From Lophium mytilinum (Eukaryota), in assembly GCA_010093605.1 (NCBI GenBank), contig MU004197.1, positions 806,001 through 870,000 on the forward strand: a DNA stretch of 64,000 nt. Direction: 5' to 3'. This document shows, piece after piece, positions 35,567 to 48,755 of the stretch. Position 1 is the first letter of the stretch. The number at the start of each line of letters is the position of its first letter. The translations under genes were made by a program, and so were the position numbers. Under the pieces are notes generated by a model. That model was not told where the DNA came from. It was given only the letters and a program-made list of their open reading frames with translations, and searched no databases.

Positions 35567-37052
35567 ATGTCTCAAGCGACTCCAGTCGCCGGCGACCTGC
35601 GCAAGAAAGTGCTACGTGTCCTATTCATATCTCTCCTTCTCGATTTAGTAGGCTCCCTTGCGATCAATTGCGTCGAGTAGCCCGCGCTGACTTGCCAGAT
35701 ATCCTTCACCTTCATCCTACCCCTCTACCCGAAGCTCCTCGAGTTCTACCGCGACCACGAAGCCGCCAAAGCGAGCTCCAATACCGTCCTCGGCCAGGTC
35801 CTCCACGGTCTGAACACATACAAGAACTCCTTCGCGCGTCCCATCAATGACCGCTACGACATCGTCCTCCTGGGCGGCGCGCTCGGCTCGCTGTTCTCCT
35901 TCCTCCAAGCAATTGCGTCCCCGATAATTGGAAGACTGTCAGACAAGTATGGCCGCCGGACGGCCTTACTCTGGTCCATGGCGGGCAACATCCTCTCCGT
36001 CGCGCTGTGGGTGGCCGCAACCGACTTCCGGACCTTCCTAGCCAGCCGCGTCGTGGGAGGCCTGAGCGAGGGTAACGTCCAGCTCGCCCTCGCAATAGCA
36101 ACCGACATCAGCGACGACACGCAGCGCGGTGCCACAATGGCGCTCGTGGGGGTCTGCTTCAGCATTGCCTTCACGTTTGGCCCCGCACTAGGGGCCGCCC
36201 TGTCAACAATCACAACTGTGGCCGCGAATCCGTTCGCAACCGCAGCGGGCTTCTCGCTGTTTCTGATCGTCACCGAGACCATCTATCTCTACTTCTACCT
36301 CCCGGAGACTCTCCCAGTGGCAGCGCCAAAGAGTTCGGAAAAGTCGGGGTCCGAGGTCAAACCAGCGGGGCCCCGTGTGAGGACTAACTCGCATACCCTG
36401 CTCAACTTTACCCACTTTACCTTCATTCTCTTCTTTTCGGGGATGGAGTTCTCGCTGCCTTTTATGACGTACGATCTGTTCTCGTACAGAAGTGCGCAAT
36501 CCGGGAAGCTTTTAGGGTTTATTGGTCTTGTTGCTTCGTTGCTTCAGGGCAGTGTGACAAGGAGGCTGCACCCACTCAAAGTCGTGCAGTTAGGCGTAGT
36601 GAGCTGTGCGGCAGGGTTCTTCCTTCTCGGGAGAGTCAATACGGAGAAGGGTCTATACGCTGCTGCAGCATTGCTCGCAGTCACTTCAGCGACTGTTGTA
36701 ACTGGATTGAACAGCTTGAGTAGCTTTGAGGCTGCTGCTGGGGAAAGGGGGAATAAGTTGGGTAACCATCGCAGCTTTGGTAAGATCTTACTTCCCTGAA
36801 CAGCTGGATTTGCGCTAATGTTGCCTCGCAGGTCAAATTGGTCGATCTCTAGGACCTTTGATCTTTTGCACGTTGTATTGGTGGGCTGGAAGGGAAGTTG
36901 CATATGCCGTTGGCGGCGCTGGCATGGTAGCAGTATGTGGCCTTGTATTTGGCGGATTAAAGACGCCCCCAGGGACGGAGACGAAGCGGATGCCTAGAGC
37001 GACAGAAATTGGGAAGAAGCCCAACGCGGCAAAGATGAATGGGAAGAACTAA
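35567..37052 (+). CDS. MFS transporter (tetracycline-efflux / MFSD10-like), 3 exons
   Basis: VLRVLFISLLLDL|ISFTFILPL, motif A GRLSDKYGRR, SRVVGGLSEGNVQ, GQIGRSLGP; multiple transmembrane helices. Confidence 0.9.
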
Positions 37053-37560
37053 AATCAGGGACTGTATAAATATGTTACACCAGAATTGATTTATGCGCTC
37101 GTTCTGTAACGACCCGATCTACCATGCGTGCAATCTCGGAGGTCATGCAAAAGCGTGCTAGAAAGGATTGAAAATTGCGTGTGTCCGATTCAGCTCGTTA
37201 AGATGTTTACATCCAAGTTCCAATGCACGTAGTACGTGTAGAGTATCTTCAATGTCTCAAACATGTGTTCAAAAGCAGAACGAAAGACAACTGATCTCAT
37301 ATGTAGTGCAAAAGGGCATCTGAAATGAGCCCCAAAATAAACAACTAAATTCAGCTCCTCGAAACCTTAACATGGCAACCGCACCTTCCAAACTCGATCT
37401 CAAATGATTCAGATGTTCACCTCTACGTGCACATCTGCATCCAATGCCTTGGGAAGTTTGTGTATTCATGTACAAAGGCTCCCAGCCTAACCCAAACCCA
37501 AGCGCCGCCAACGATCCGATATCATACAAAATATACAATATACCCCCCACCCCTCTCCCA

Positions 37561-38163
37561 TCACGACCTCCGCTTCCCAAACTTCTTCGATTCTACCACA
37601 CCCCATTAGCCAACGCGCCCAACACCACCCCAAAAAACTCAACAAAACAAAAAAAGAAAACTCACCTCCAGCAGTCCTCTTCTTCTTCGGCGGATTCTTG
37701 CCCTTCAATTTCGCCCTGCAACACGGGTGGGGTGGTTAGCCTACATCCATATCCCCAAACTCCATCACCGCAAAAACCAATCATCCCCATCTCTTCCCAG
37801 CACCCAGCTCTTTCATTCCAACCTCCCCGCCCCAGTATAAATCAACGAAAAACACCACATACACCTTCAACTTCTCAATCCAATCATCCTCCTCCTCATC
37901 CACGACATCGTACTCCGGGTACAGCTTCCGCAGATCCTGCGTCGTGCCGATGCGCGGTGGGTAATACGACGCCACGGCGGGTCCGCGGAGGCGCTGGGAC
38001 AGGATCTTGGTGCCCAGGCGCAGGCGGTCGGGGTTGAAGGTTGTGTTGAAGATGCGGCATTGGACCTGAGGAAGAGGTTATTAGTGGGAGGGGAGGGATT
38101 GAGATAGGGGGTTGAATAGCATACGCGGAGCAGGTCGACGATCCGGGAGCGTGGGACGGCCAT
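37561..38163 (-). CDS. RSM27: Mitochondrial ribosomal small-subunit protein Rsm27 (mS33), 4 exons
   Basis: QCRIFNTTFNPDRLRLGTKILSQRLRGPAVASYYP...KGKNPPKKKRTA...ESKKFGKRRS*. Confidence 0.88.
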
Positions 38164-38562
38164 GGTGATCGTGGGTGGTGGGGAGGGACGGGTGTGTGAT
38201 GCTGGTGAGGTTTTGGGAAGGGTGTGAGGCTTGGCGGGGTAAGGGGGTTTAGGGGAATAGGGGGGTTTGGCGTTGCCGGGTGTGCAAATATGCAACCCCT
38301 AGACCAATTGTTTGCGGTCCGAGATGTTTTGCGACGCGTTTCTCGTCAAAGAATCTTGCATTTAAACCTCACAATCACTTGCTCAAAAGACTTGGGTCCA
38401 ATTCAGGTTATTATTAAAAGAGCCCTTCTATAAGAAGAAAATTCTACACAGAACCAACAATCCCCAGTCTTGAACTCGAACACACAAATGCCTCCCAACG
38501 ACGTAGATGGTTTACGCGTTTCTTCTCCCCTCTTCGAGCTACCAGAAGACAAGATCCGGTGT

Positions 38563-40626
38563 CTAGATGTACTTCATCCGTTTAGCTACCACCAGACACA
38601 CCGTGACGAACGCAGCGATAACACCCAGGATGCCGAAGAACCAACCCAGACCACCAGCGTCCTTCCCAGGCACGTTGACGTTCATGCCGAATAGACCACA
38701 GATCAAGTTAAGCGGCACCAAGATCGTCGCGATAAGCGTGACCTTCCCGAGCGTGACGTTGGCATCGTTTCCTTGAATCAGATTATCCACGCTGATTTGA
38801 GCCAGGTAGTTGCTGTGGCTTCGGGACAGCATCTTCTCGAAGTGCCCCAGATTAGACATCATCGTTACGACGTGATCTTGGATATCCGAAAGATAGAGTC
38901 CCACGTCGCCGCGAGGAGCCACGTTGAAGTTTTCGTTGCACCGCTTTGCGAATCCCTTGATGACGTCGGCCTTTCCACCGAGGAGGCGGAGGAGCGACAT
39001 CACTTTCTTGCGGCATTCGCCAATGGCGCGCAGGATCTCGCGAGAGTCTTCCATCCGGGCGGTGAATACTTGGTCTTCGATTGCGTCGGTCTCATGTTCC
39101 ACATCTCGAATGACGGGAGCGAAAGAATCAACAATGTCGTCACTGAAGATCAATTAGTAAATGTGACAGAATAGCGATCGAGGCCGGAAGTGTACTTACA
39201 TCAGTGCGTAGCAGATCCAATCAGAACTCAGAGAAACGTAGTCACGGAGTCTTCCAATACGCTTCCGGACGTTGGCAGAGTGAGGGCTCTCACAGAATGT
39301 GAAAGTCAACAATCCTTCCTTGAAAACAACGCCGTAGAAGTTGACTGGCTCCAGGTAGTCCTCGCTTGTCTTCTCCATCTGATAGAAGGACCGGAAGCAG
39401 ACGAAGTAGTAGTAATGGAACAATTCTACTTTTTCGCGAGTCTCTTGAGTCGTAATGTCCTCGCGTGTAAGAGGATGCACTCCAAAAGCTTTGCAGATAG
39501 CGAAAACTTCTTCTTCGGTGGGATTGACCATATCCAGCCACCATACGCCGCCGTCAGGGGAGAGTTCAAAGAGATCGCGGAATCGCTCTCCAGGCATCAA
39601 AAGCCCACCCAGTTCAGCGGCATGGATGGTATCGTCCAATTCCGAAGAAAAGAATGACCAGCGAGTCCTAGACGCATCGGCAACACTGGCGTTGTGCACA
39701 CCAAACTCAGCATCAAGATCCGCACACTTCTCGTCGAGTGCTACATCTGAAGCATTTCCACTAGGGGTGGGGCACTCGGTTGTGATTTTTGGGATTTGGC
39801 TGTGGCTCGATTTTGGGCGGAGGTCCTGGAAAATCTTAGACTTGCCGATGTCTTTCCCTTGGCTTCCCTTGTGTCGCAAAAGCGGTGCGATGGGCGTATT
39901 TTCGTGAGACCCGGCAACGAACTCTTCAAGCTCCTCGAAGTCGATGTCCGTTGTCTTACCCGGATCTTCGGTGACCGGGAAACACACGTCTTCCTCTACG
40001 GAGCTGTGACGAGATGCAATATCCGTGTGCAGGTCATTTGGGCGATCATCGCTGATAGTGGGTCGTCGCACGTGGGTTCCTCCAGAAACGGTTCGGTGGA
40101 GGGTCAAATCTAGCTCAGATGGAGAACGGCTGTTAACAGTTCCTGCGCGGTCCCGGCGGCGATTGTCTGCAAAGGCATCGACGGAATTGGGTGGAGAAAC
40201 GGAGCGCGAGGAAGTGGAAGAGGTCCTTGACTTGTGCACTCTCTGTGCTGGTTCGTCCTGAGGGCGCCGGAAAGTGTTCCTCCGCGCGTTTGGGCTGACG
40301 ATTGAGCCTCGTCGAGCGAATCTATCCTCTCCAGCAAATGTGCCTTGGCCGCTTCTATCGTCGTCCACGATGGCGTTTTCAAAGTCCCGAGCCTCGAAAT
40401 CTCGTGAAGTCACCCCCTGTGCTTCTAGAGCATCATTGACTTGGAGTAGGTTGGGACGTTCGATTGGCTGGATACTGGCGACAGTTCCCCTTCGAGTCCC
40501 CGGGATGGATTGCATGCCTCCTTCGAGCCTCGGCAAGGACGCAGGCTGGCGGCGGTGGTCGTCGAGATCGGACACTGGCGTGCTGAATCTCGTCTGAGAC
40601 CTCTCGGACCTCGGTGTCTCGGCCAT
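38563..40626 (-). CDS. ALR1: CorA-family Mg2+ transporter (Alr1-like), at least 2 exons
   Basis: WWLDMVNPT, FGVHPLTREDI, EKVELF, DWICYALIDDIVDSF, GLFGMNVNVPG (GMN motif) and two C-terminal transmembrane helices. Upstream exons are possible. Confidence 0.9.
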
Positions 40627-41781
40627 TGCGATGTTGTTGTACTATCGTATCGTGGTACACAAAGTGGCCAGTGTTTTATGAAGTTGTCGAACGGGGGCCC
40701 TATGGGTTCAACTGGCGAGCCGCTTGTGAGCGCTCACCTTGGAAGGGAGCTCAACTTGATTGAAGGCTTCGCGTAGGGGCCTCCCTACACTCAGCCGGGG
40801 GGACTCGGCCTGTCGGTTCGTGTATAATTACGCCAGAGCGCCGGGTTGTGGTTGCCGTTGTGTGATCAATGCTGCGAGTGTGAGATGTGTCGACGTGAAA
40901 CCAGTTATGGAGGCTTCTTGTAGTCGCCTCCGTAGACCCAAGTCTTTGGGCCGAGAAGGGGACGAACGAAGGAGAACTTGTGGAGAGTGATGCCCGCCAA
41001 TTTGATGGTATTGCTATATCAAGACGCCTTGGCGCCGAGGGTGGTGGTGGGAGGTTGCGTGGGCGAGCAGCAGTGAAATGAGTCTCGAGAGCAGTCCGGT
41101 CGCAGGAATAGGCCTGGAGCGGAGTGTGGGTGGTGGAATGCGGACAAGTGGTCGATTGGGGCGTCGTAATCGAGGAGACTGGATAGGTTTGCTCTGAGCG
41201 TGTGAATTGGCGTGTTCAGGACACGGGTGTTAATGGTGAAAAATGGTTTGATAAACGAACAAAGGTCCAAAGGACGGTTGTGAGGGAAGAAGAAGGGTGA
41301 AAGGGGACGGGGCGACGGTGAAAGAAAAAGGCTGGTCTTTGCCCAGGTGTGCACGGAACGGAAGCGATGAGCCCAGTCCAGCCAAACAGGCGCCTCGGAC
41401 GCCGGCGAAGACAGCCCAACTGACTCAGCGGATTGGTCTGTCCGGTGACTGGTGAGCGATTTTGAAACCGACGGGAATAGCGTTTTCAAGATTTGCAGGG
41501 AAAAAGTGACCGCGGCCGGGAGAAAAAGGAAGAAGGTAAGGCAGGGGACAGCCAATGCGAGCGCAGCATACGGGCAGGTTCAAGGTTGAGACTGTCGACT
41601 GGCGATGTCATTGAGGCCCACACGTGTTGTACCCCTGTCCAGCTGCACTCCCTCCCGGCACTCCCTCACTCCCCTGCACTCCCCGCCGGCCGCTACCGTG
41701 CTTAGCTGCATCCCAAAGCCAGATCGCCTCCAATTCACTGCTCCTCAAACCGCCCTGCCTGGACTCCATATCGACACCAGC

Positions 41782-42190
41782 ATGGCCGACCAGCTTCTCG
41801 AGACGCTGCGTGATGCCGTCGAAGGCCAGATTGCAAGTGCTCTGCTGGAATGCTTCAGGTATCATGCTAACTTGGGACAGGACTTCGAGGGCCAACGCCT
41901 GGCTGAGCTCGTCACAACGGTGCTGTTAGGAGTGTCCGGAGTAAGCTCTTCGCCATTTCCTGATTCAATATCACGCGCTCACACAGCCCAAGCTCATTGC
42001 CTTCTTCGTCGGCTACGTCCAACAAGACATCTACCAGACCCTGTGGATTGGACTAGGGGGAACCGCCCTCACCTTTATCGCTGTCGTGCCGCCGTGGCCC
42101 TTTTACAACAAGAACCCTGTTGACTGGCTGCCTCCTCACAACTCTATAGCGGACCTGAGAATCGATGTGGACGGGAATCAAGTGGGCTGA
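41782..42190 (+). CDS. SPC1: Signal peptidase complex subunit Spc1 (SPC12), 3 exons
   Basis: EGQI|DFEGQRLAE...IAFFVGYVQQDI...VVPPWPFYNKNPVDWLP. The first intron is GC-AG (41833-41880). Confidence 0.9.
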
Positions 42191-42700
42191 TGTGGATATA
42201 TGCTGAAGAGAGCTGCGTCTATTACGAAATAATGATCAAGCTCCAATATCTCATTTCAGCACTGTGGTACTGCTTCACAACCTTTCTTGAATGTCACCCT
42301 CCCCTGTTGATTAGCTTTCCAGTCACTGCACCGTGACGTGGATGGGAAGCTCGCCTGCAGGCCACCTTTTGATTCAAATGGCACAACATGTCAAGGGTCT
42401 CAACCAGTGGTGAATACACGGACAGACGGATCATGCTAGCTCTGGCATTCATTGTGCAGACCTCTCTATCTGCCAATCTTTTTGTGATTCACACCCTCGG
42501 TGCTCCCACTGCCCATATGCGCAATCCCCAATGAACACCGTGCGCCTGCAAGCTGTCCAGAAGCTGTCCCAACTGTACCATTTTCCGAGAGTCAGTGTTC
42601 TCCCAGAATAATATCATGGCGTCTCAAGTTGTGAATAGCTCGAAGCTTGCTAAATTCTGCCGCCGCTAATAAAGAGACGAATCGCGCCTGTGCCTCCGAT

Positions 42701-43236
<536 letters not shown>

Positions 43237-44306
43237 GGTTGTGTGCTGAAGATGGGGATTCAGTGGGTGATGTAGGTGGTATTCTAGGTGTGGAGCAGCC
43301 TAGTGGAGGTGGGTGGTGTTGAAGTCGAAGGCGTACAGTCCTTTAAGAAGCACAAGAGGAGAAGCTCGTGGGGAGTTCCAGGCACACGTGAAACTGGTGG
43401 AGCTGGCGGGCTGAAGTGTTGTTGAAGCCTAGAAGTGAAAGTGCTCAGGCCGCCATGTCCCGCAGTTACACTGATACGCGCCAAGATTTCGCCCGCTTAA
43501 ACCGCCCGCCACTATATCTGACCAGATCTCAGATTTGGGTACCGTCCATCCATCCATGGTACTGCATGTACATATATAGTAGTAGTTAAATGTCCCTGCC
43601 CTTCGAGTTTCTTCGAACAGGTATCCTGATTTCTGATTTTCATTGCTTCCTCGTGCCCGTATTTCGTATGTCACATTCCTTTCTCGCACAAGAGCGCCGT
43701 GTTGATACCATGATGGCCGTAAATAGCCGCACAAGTGTAGACTGCAGCTTCAGAGTCATAGAACAAAGCATACCTGGGCACATGTGTAGTATTGCATCTT
43801 CAGCTCCTCCGATCACCTCACCATACCGCTTCAACCGCATAAAATCACACTGCGTGCACCAAACAGGTACAGCCCCAGCCACAATCTGTCACGCACTCGG
43901 CCTAGCTGCATCCAAAGCCGGGCGCATACACCGTTGCTGTCCGCCACGTCCAAGCCTCCTGCCTCGATCTTCGCCGACGACAGCTCAACACCGCCTCACC
44001 CGACCTTGTCACCACCACCAGCTGCAAGACCATCTCCAGAGCTAGATCTCTATTATTTCACATATCTTCTAAGTAATCACGTCCCCTCGTGTGGACATGC
44101 GCTCCCCGGTTTTCTCCTCCTCATCCACCCTATCAAACTTCCTTGATTCCGATCAGCTACAGTCATCGAGACCGAACACATACACAGCCGCCATCCGAAC
44201 AACCCAGAGGGCTAGGAGTCGAACAGCCGGATAGTCCGCCGTTTCCTTGACGTCAAACACCGCCTGCACTGGACACGCGGTCCTTCTACACTGAAGCTAT
44301 CTCCTG

Positions 44307-46010
44307 ATGGCAAGCCCTGCACAAACACCGCCGCCAAAGACCTCCCGGGCGAGGCACCAGCATTCCAAGAGCGCGACGCCTGTTGGGCTAGACAATGGGG
44401 GGAAATCCGGTATTCGGCGGCAGCGCAACAACCGTAACAACAACAACAACGAGCGCAACAACTTCGTTCAATACCCGCAATCTCAGAATGGGTACGGATC
44501 CAGCCAGGTTCAACCATACAACCAGCCGCAGGAGTATTACTCGTTTGCACAGCCGGGCGAGGATGTTGAGAGCAGCGGTGCTGTCTCCGAGGGCCCGAGG
44601 CCGCCAAAACAACGCCAAAACCGGCCCGCGCAACAGCAATTCGCTTCCAACGGTGGTATGGAACATGAAGCCCTGCCACAATCCCCTCCTAGTGTGAAAT
44701 CTCCCTTGGTGCAAGGGGCTGTTATGACTCCGGCCAGGGCTCAAGCCGCGTATGCCGGGCCTACTTTCCATGCATCTCCAGCGCCTTCGGCTCTCCCGGT
44801 TCCAAAATTCTTCTCAAAATCAGTTCCCGCATCAGGATCGCAGCCAAGTTTGCAGGCCCGTTTAGAAAGTGAGGCGGTAGATCCTTCGCCAAAGCCTTCC
44901 CCACCATCTCCACCAGACGCCGTTATCGCCGCCCCGCCGAGACATGAGGACTCTCCACTTGACTTTTTCTTCAATGCGGACAGGAAAGAAAAAGCAAAAA
45001 GGGGAAGTGGACTGTTCACTCCTGAAAGCAAACAAAAGCCGGCAGCATCGACCACCCAGCCTTTCCCAAGCACTGCGTCGAAGAACAACGATGCGTCGCA
45101 TCATTCGCGACACAGCTCTACTAGATCTAGTAAGAGGGTTTTTATGATAGAGCTAGACGGTGGCGCCAATGTAGCCATTCGAAGATCTCCAGCGATTGCT
45201 GCGCCTGCAAGCCGCTCTGTGACTGCTCCTTCCAGAATACCCCAGATTAGAGACCGGACGAAATCAGAAAAGGACACCCAAGTTCTCCAGGATATTCTCT
45301 CCTCTCTTACAAAACCAAAGCCTCAACCTTCTACTCCGTACGCAGCGCCGGATCGCATTCCTTCAGAACCAAATTCGAGATTCCACACTCCTTCTCCCTT
45401 CAATCAGCCAAGATCAAGCACCCGAAGTGCTTCCGGGCCTACCACCCCAGCACCGCAGACCAATGACATTGCAAACCCTTCATATTACTACGGGAACCGC
45501 AATCTTTCTCCTCTTTTCAACGCAGCAAAAACAGACTCCGCCAAGCGGTCGTCTAGTCTTCGCCAAGAAGTCACCGCAGCCTCACCCACTGTGAAGCAAA
45601 ACGGATTTCCTTTCAACGGCCCACCTGAGTCCCCTCTTAATCACGCTCGCCGACATCCCAAAGAGAATGCGGATCCACGATCGGTGTCACGACAGTACTT
45701 AGATTCGGTAATGAATTCTCCGGGTTCGTCTGCGAGCCCACGTCCTGCTCGCTCTTATGGACAAGCTCAAGGGTCCTATGCCTTGGACGGATCTGGCGAT
45801 CGCCCAGCGAACCAGATTATGCAGCCCAATTTTCTACATCAATCTCCTATGTCACGAACAGCCGGCAGTGTTCCTCAGGCAAACGGGATGTCTTCACCCA
45901 ACAAGAATTACGCACCATCTAATACCCCTGAAATGCAATCTATGGAGGACAGTTTACGTCGGTTATTGAAACTCAACGGTGTTGATGGCGATTCAGCGGG
46001 CGTTCGATGA
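44307..46010 (+). CDS. Intrinsically disordered protein with PNRC/Edc1-type decapping-activator motif
   Basis: Low-complexity S/P/Q/N ORF containing YAGPTFHASPAPSALPVPKF and a C-terminal amphipathic MEDSLRRLLKL. Confidence 0.75.
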   Translation: MASPAQTPPPKTSRARHQHSKSATPVGLDNGGKSGIRRQRNNRNNNNNERNNFVQYPQSQNGYGSSQVQPYNQPQEYYSFAQPGEDVESSGAVSEGPRPPKQRQNRPAQQQFASNGGMEHEALPQSPPSVKSPLVQGAVMTPARAQAAYAGPTFHASPAPSALPVPKFFSKSVPASGSQPSLQARLESEAVDPSPKPSPPSPPDAVIAAPPRHEDSPLDFFFNADRKEKAKRGSGLFTPESKQKPAASTTQPFPSTASKNNDASHHSRHSSTRSSKRVFMIELDGGANVAIRRSPAIAAPASRSVTAPSRIPQIRDRTKSEKDTQVLQDILSSLTKPKPQPSTPYAAPDRIPSEPNSRFHTPSPFNQPRSSTRSASGPTTPAPQTNDIANPSYYYGNRNLSPLFNAAKTDSAKRSSSLRQEVTAASPTVKQNGFPFNGPPESPLNHARRHPKENADPRSVSRQYLDSVMNSPGSSASPRPARSYGQAQGSYALDGSGDRPANQIMQPNFLHQSPMSRTAGSVPQANGMSSPNKNYAPSNTPEMQSMEDSLRRLLKLNGVDGDSAGVR

Positions 46011-46942
46011 TACATTCTCATTCCTATCTCTGCGTTGTTGCTGCAGCCGCTTTTGTGGATCAGCTTGTCTATAGTGACTACTCTAAGTCTACTCTCTTTC
46101 TTCACGTGTATAAGGGCGTTTTGGGGTTTTTGGCCATGTCACATTACGAGCATTTGGCTTGCAAGGCGTTGGCAGGTTTACTATCCAGAGGCTATGGTTG
46201 GGTAACTGTCTAACTTCTCAGTAACGGGGCTTGCATGGATCTGTCTGCTGGGTCTATATCTGAAGACGGCTTCTCATAGAGCCCTAGCGTCAGGATGCTT
46301 GGTACCTAGGGCCGCTTATTGCTTTATTTGTTTGGGTTGTTGGTCGGGCGGCAGGACCTGGAGTCTCATGGAGGATCTGCTAAGGATGGATTATACCCGC
46401 TCTTTGGAGATCGGCTTCTTGTGGCCTTCGATGTGGAGGGAGGGTGGTTGGACTTGTGGCGGATGCGAGTCACGATAAAATATTAAAAAATAGGATAGGA
46501 GACCTCTTTGCTGATGGCAATTGAGGCATTTCTTGTCCAACAACTGTTCATACCGTTACTTTAGTGATCTGCAAAGAGTGTAATGCATAATCTTTACGTC
46601 AAATCTACCTCTATTTGGGTTTTTGCTGATGAGGGGCTCTCGAGGGAGTACTTATACTCTGAAGATATGGTTTCTGTCATTTCCAGCGGCGATGACTTTG
46701 TAGACACCCCTACGCAGTACACTCTAATCTTTTAAAATGGCGTTGCGATTGACCGAAATGGGAAAGTAAGAATTACGGAATGGCATCTTTAGCCTTGCCA
46801 AGAGCGGTCGGGGCTGGACCACTTCTCATTCACCGTTAGTAACCAGCCCCTGCCCGCAAACCTACCTTTATAGCTCTCCCAGTCCGCACACCAAGTCCCT
46901 TACAACCCACTAACTCGTATACCACTCATACAACTTACCACC

Positions 46943-48755
46943 ATGCCAGGACAAGGCAAGAAAAAGCGGGCGAAAAAGATCAACAAGCCACCAGCGAAAA
47001 TCAATCTCACCGATATGCCAGGCGAGCTCATTGAGCGGATTGCCCTGCATGTACTCTATGACGATTTCGATGACAACGACAGCGACGACCAAAGATCCAC
47101 ATGGGCTGGCCTGTTGTTTGACTTGCGCCTAACATGCCGAAGTCTCCGGGAGAAGTCCGAGCACATCTTCATTCGAACCGCCTTTAAGAGGTTCGGCATG
47201 ACTCTATCTCTAGAAGATCTTGAAATGCTCACCGAGGTCTCCCAACTGCCAAAGATTGCGTCAGCGGTTCGAACACTTTTCATAAGCGAGGGGTTTAAGG
47301 AAGAGAAACACTATAATCTGCTTTCAGATCTTCAAGGCCATACGCAATCTGCAGAAGAGCACGAAGACACCTTAGCCGAATTCACTGATGGGCGCAATGA
47401 ACAAATTGAGGCTGCTTATCTAGGAAGCTCAGGAATGGCCGCAAGCATGCTCACACAAGCCTTGAAGAATCTTCCAAACGTTCGGAAAATCTTCATTGCG
47501 ATTCCACGGAGACGCTATTACGGAACCATTAGCCATGATTCTAGCTTCCAAGGAATACCCTTTTCCAATATCGTTTCTATTGCTCTCACAGCTTCGGCAG
47601 TAGCGAACGTCAAGCTGGATGAGTTCAGAATGAGTTTGCAGTTTTTCAAAGACAACTACGGTGCTTCTGTACAGGCACTACAGGTGGGAATGTTACTTCC
47701 CGGTCGTTTCTCATGCTTGAAGAAGCTCGACATATATCTTAGCGCAAAAGAGTGTCACCGTCATGGTAAGTGCTCCGCGTAGTCAACTATCTACGCAATC
47801 ATTTTTGCTCCTGGTGGACGTACTTTGATACATACGGCTATGTCTTGGACGGTGATCACAGGCTAGTCAATACAGTACTAAGCCAACAGTCTGGGCACAT
47901 AGACTCACTACAGCTTGGCTCCAACTTGCTCACTCAACACCACTGTCGGGGGTACCCTGGCTATTGAGTAGCCAAGTAGTCAAGAGGTAGTCCAATCTGC
48001 ACTGCTTGAACCTCGAAATCACCCTTGGATCTTCGAAATCCTGTGCGGGAACCCCATGCGGTGTCGAGCTAGTGTGCCCAGACTTTTGGCTTGTCACTGT
48101 ATATGCTCTGATTCCTAGAGATATACGCATACCAGTGCCCTAGAACTGTACCCTTCCTTCCTGAACCTGGCTAACTCTGTCAGCTCCCGATGTGTTGATT
48201 TCATATACGTCACACTTTTTGGCTGGGGCTACCGAGCTCACAGAGCTCAATTTGTCCTTCGATGACTGGACGGCTACGGACCGTGTCTTTGAAGCTATCG
48301 CTAAAGACGTTTCTCTCGAGAAACTCCAAGTACTTACTCTAGAAGGCATTCGTTTCCGCGCGGAAGACATAATCAAGTTCTTGCAAGCCCACAGGACGTC
48401 AATTCGGAAAGTTAAACTTGACACCTGCCGTATCTCCATTGGCACATGGCTACAAGTCTTGCAAGGCCTCAAGTCCATGCAAGAACTCGAAGATCTACAA
48501 CTCACCCACATCGTTCAACAGCGCTTCCGGGTTACATTTCCTTCGACTGCGAAAATCGATGCCTCCTCCCTGTGCGACGAGGACGACGACGAATTCGCCG
48601 ACTGGGTGTACGTCACGCGCCCCTACAAATATATTGCCTCCGTGGAAATTTGGGAAGATATGCCTACTAAACTCGAGGAGTTTGAGCGTGATATTAAGAT
48701 CACAGATCAGACCTATCATTCGGACGGTAGAGGACTCTTTCATTGGTACACTTAA
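46943..48755 (+). CDS. F-box-like / LRR-like hypothetical protein; exons 46943-47765 and 48184-48755
   Basis: F-box-like LTDMPGELIERIALHV...LRLTCRSL and LRR-like LTELNLSF, LQVLTLEG, LEDLQL. The 418-nt intron 47766-48183 (GTAAGT...GCTAAC...CAG) keeps the frame. Confidence 0.7.
47873..48099. mobile_element. 227-bp Tc1/mariner-type MITE, copy 1 (intronic)
   Basis: TA|CAGT...ACTG|TA termini and ~30-bp imperfect TIRs. Homologous along its length to 57529-57755 in the opposite orientation. Confidence 0.85.
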
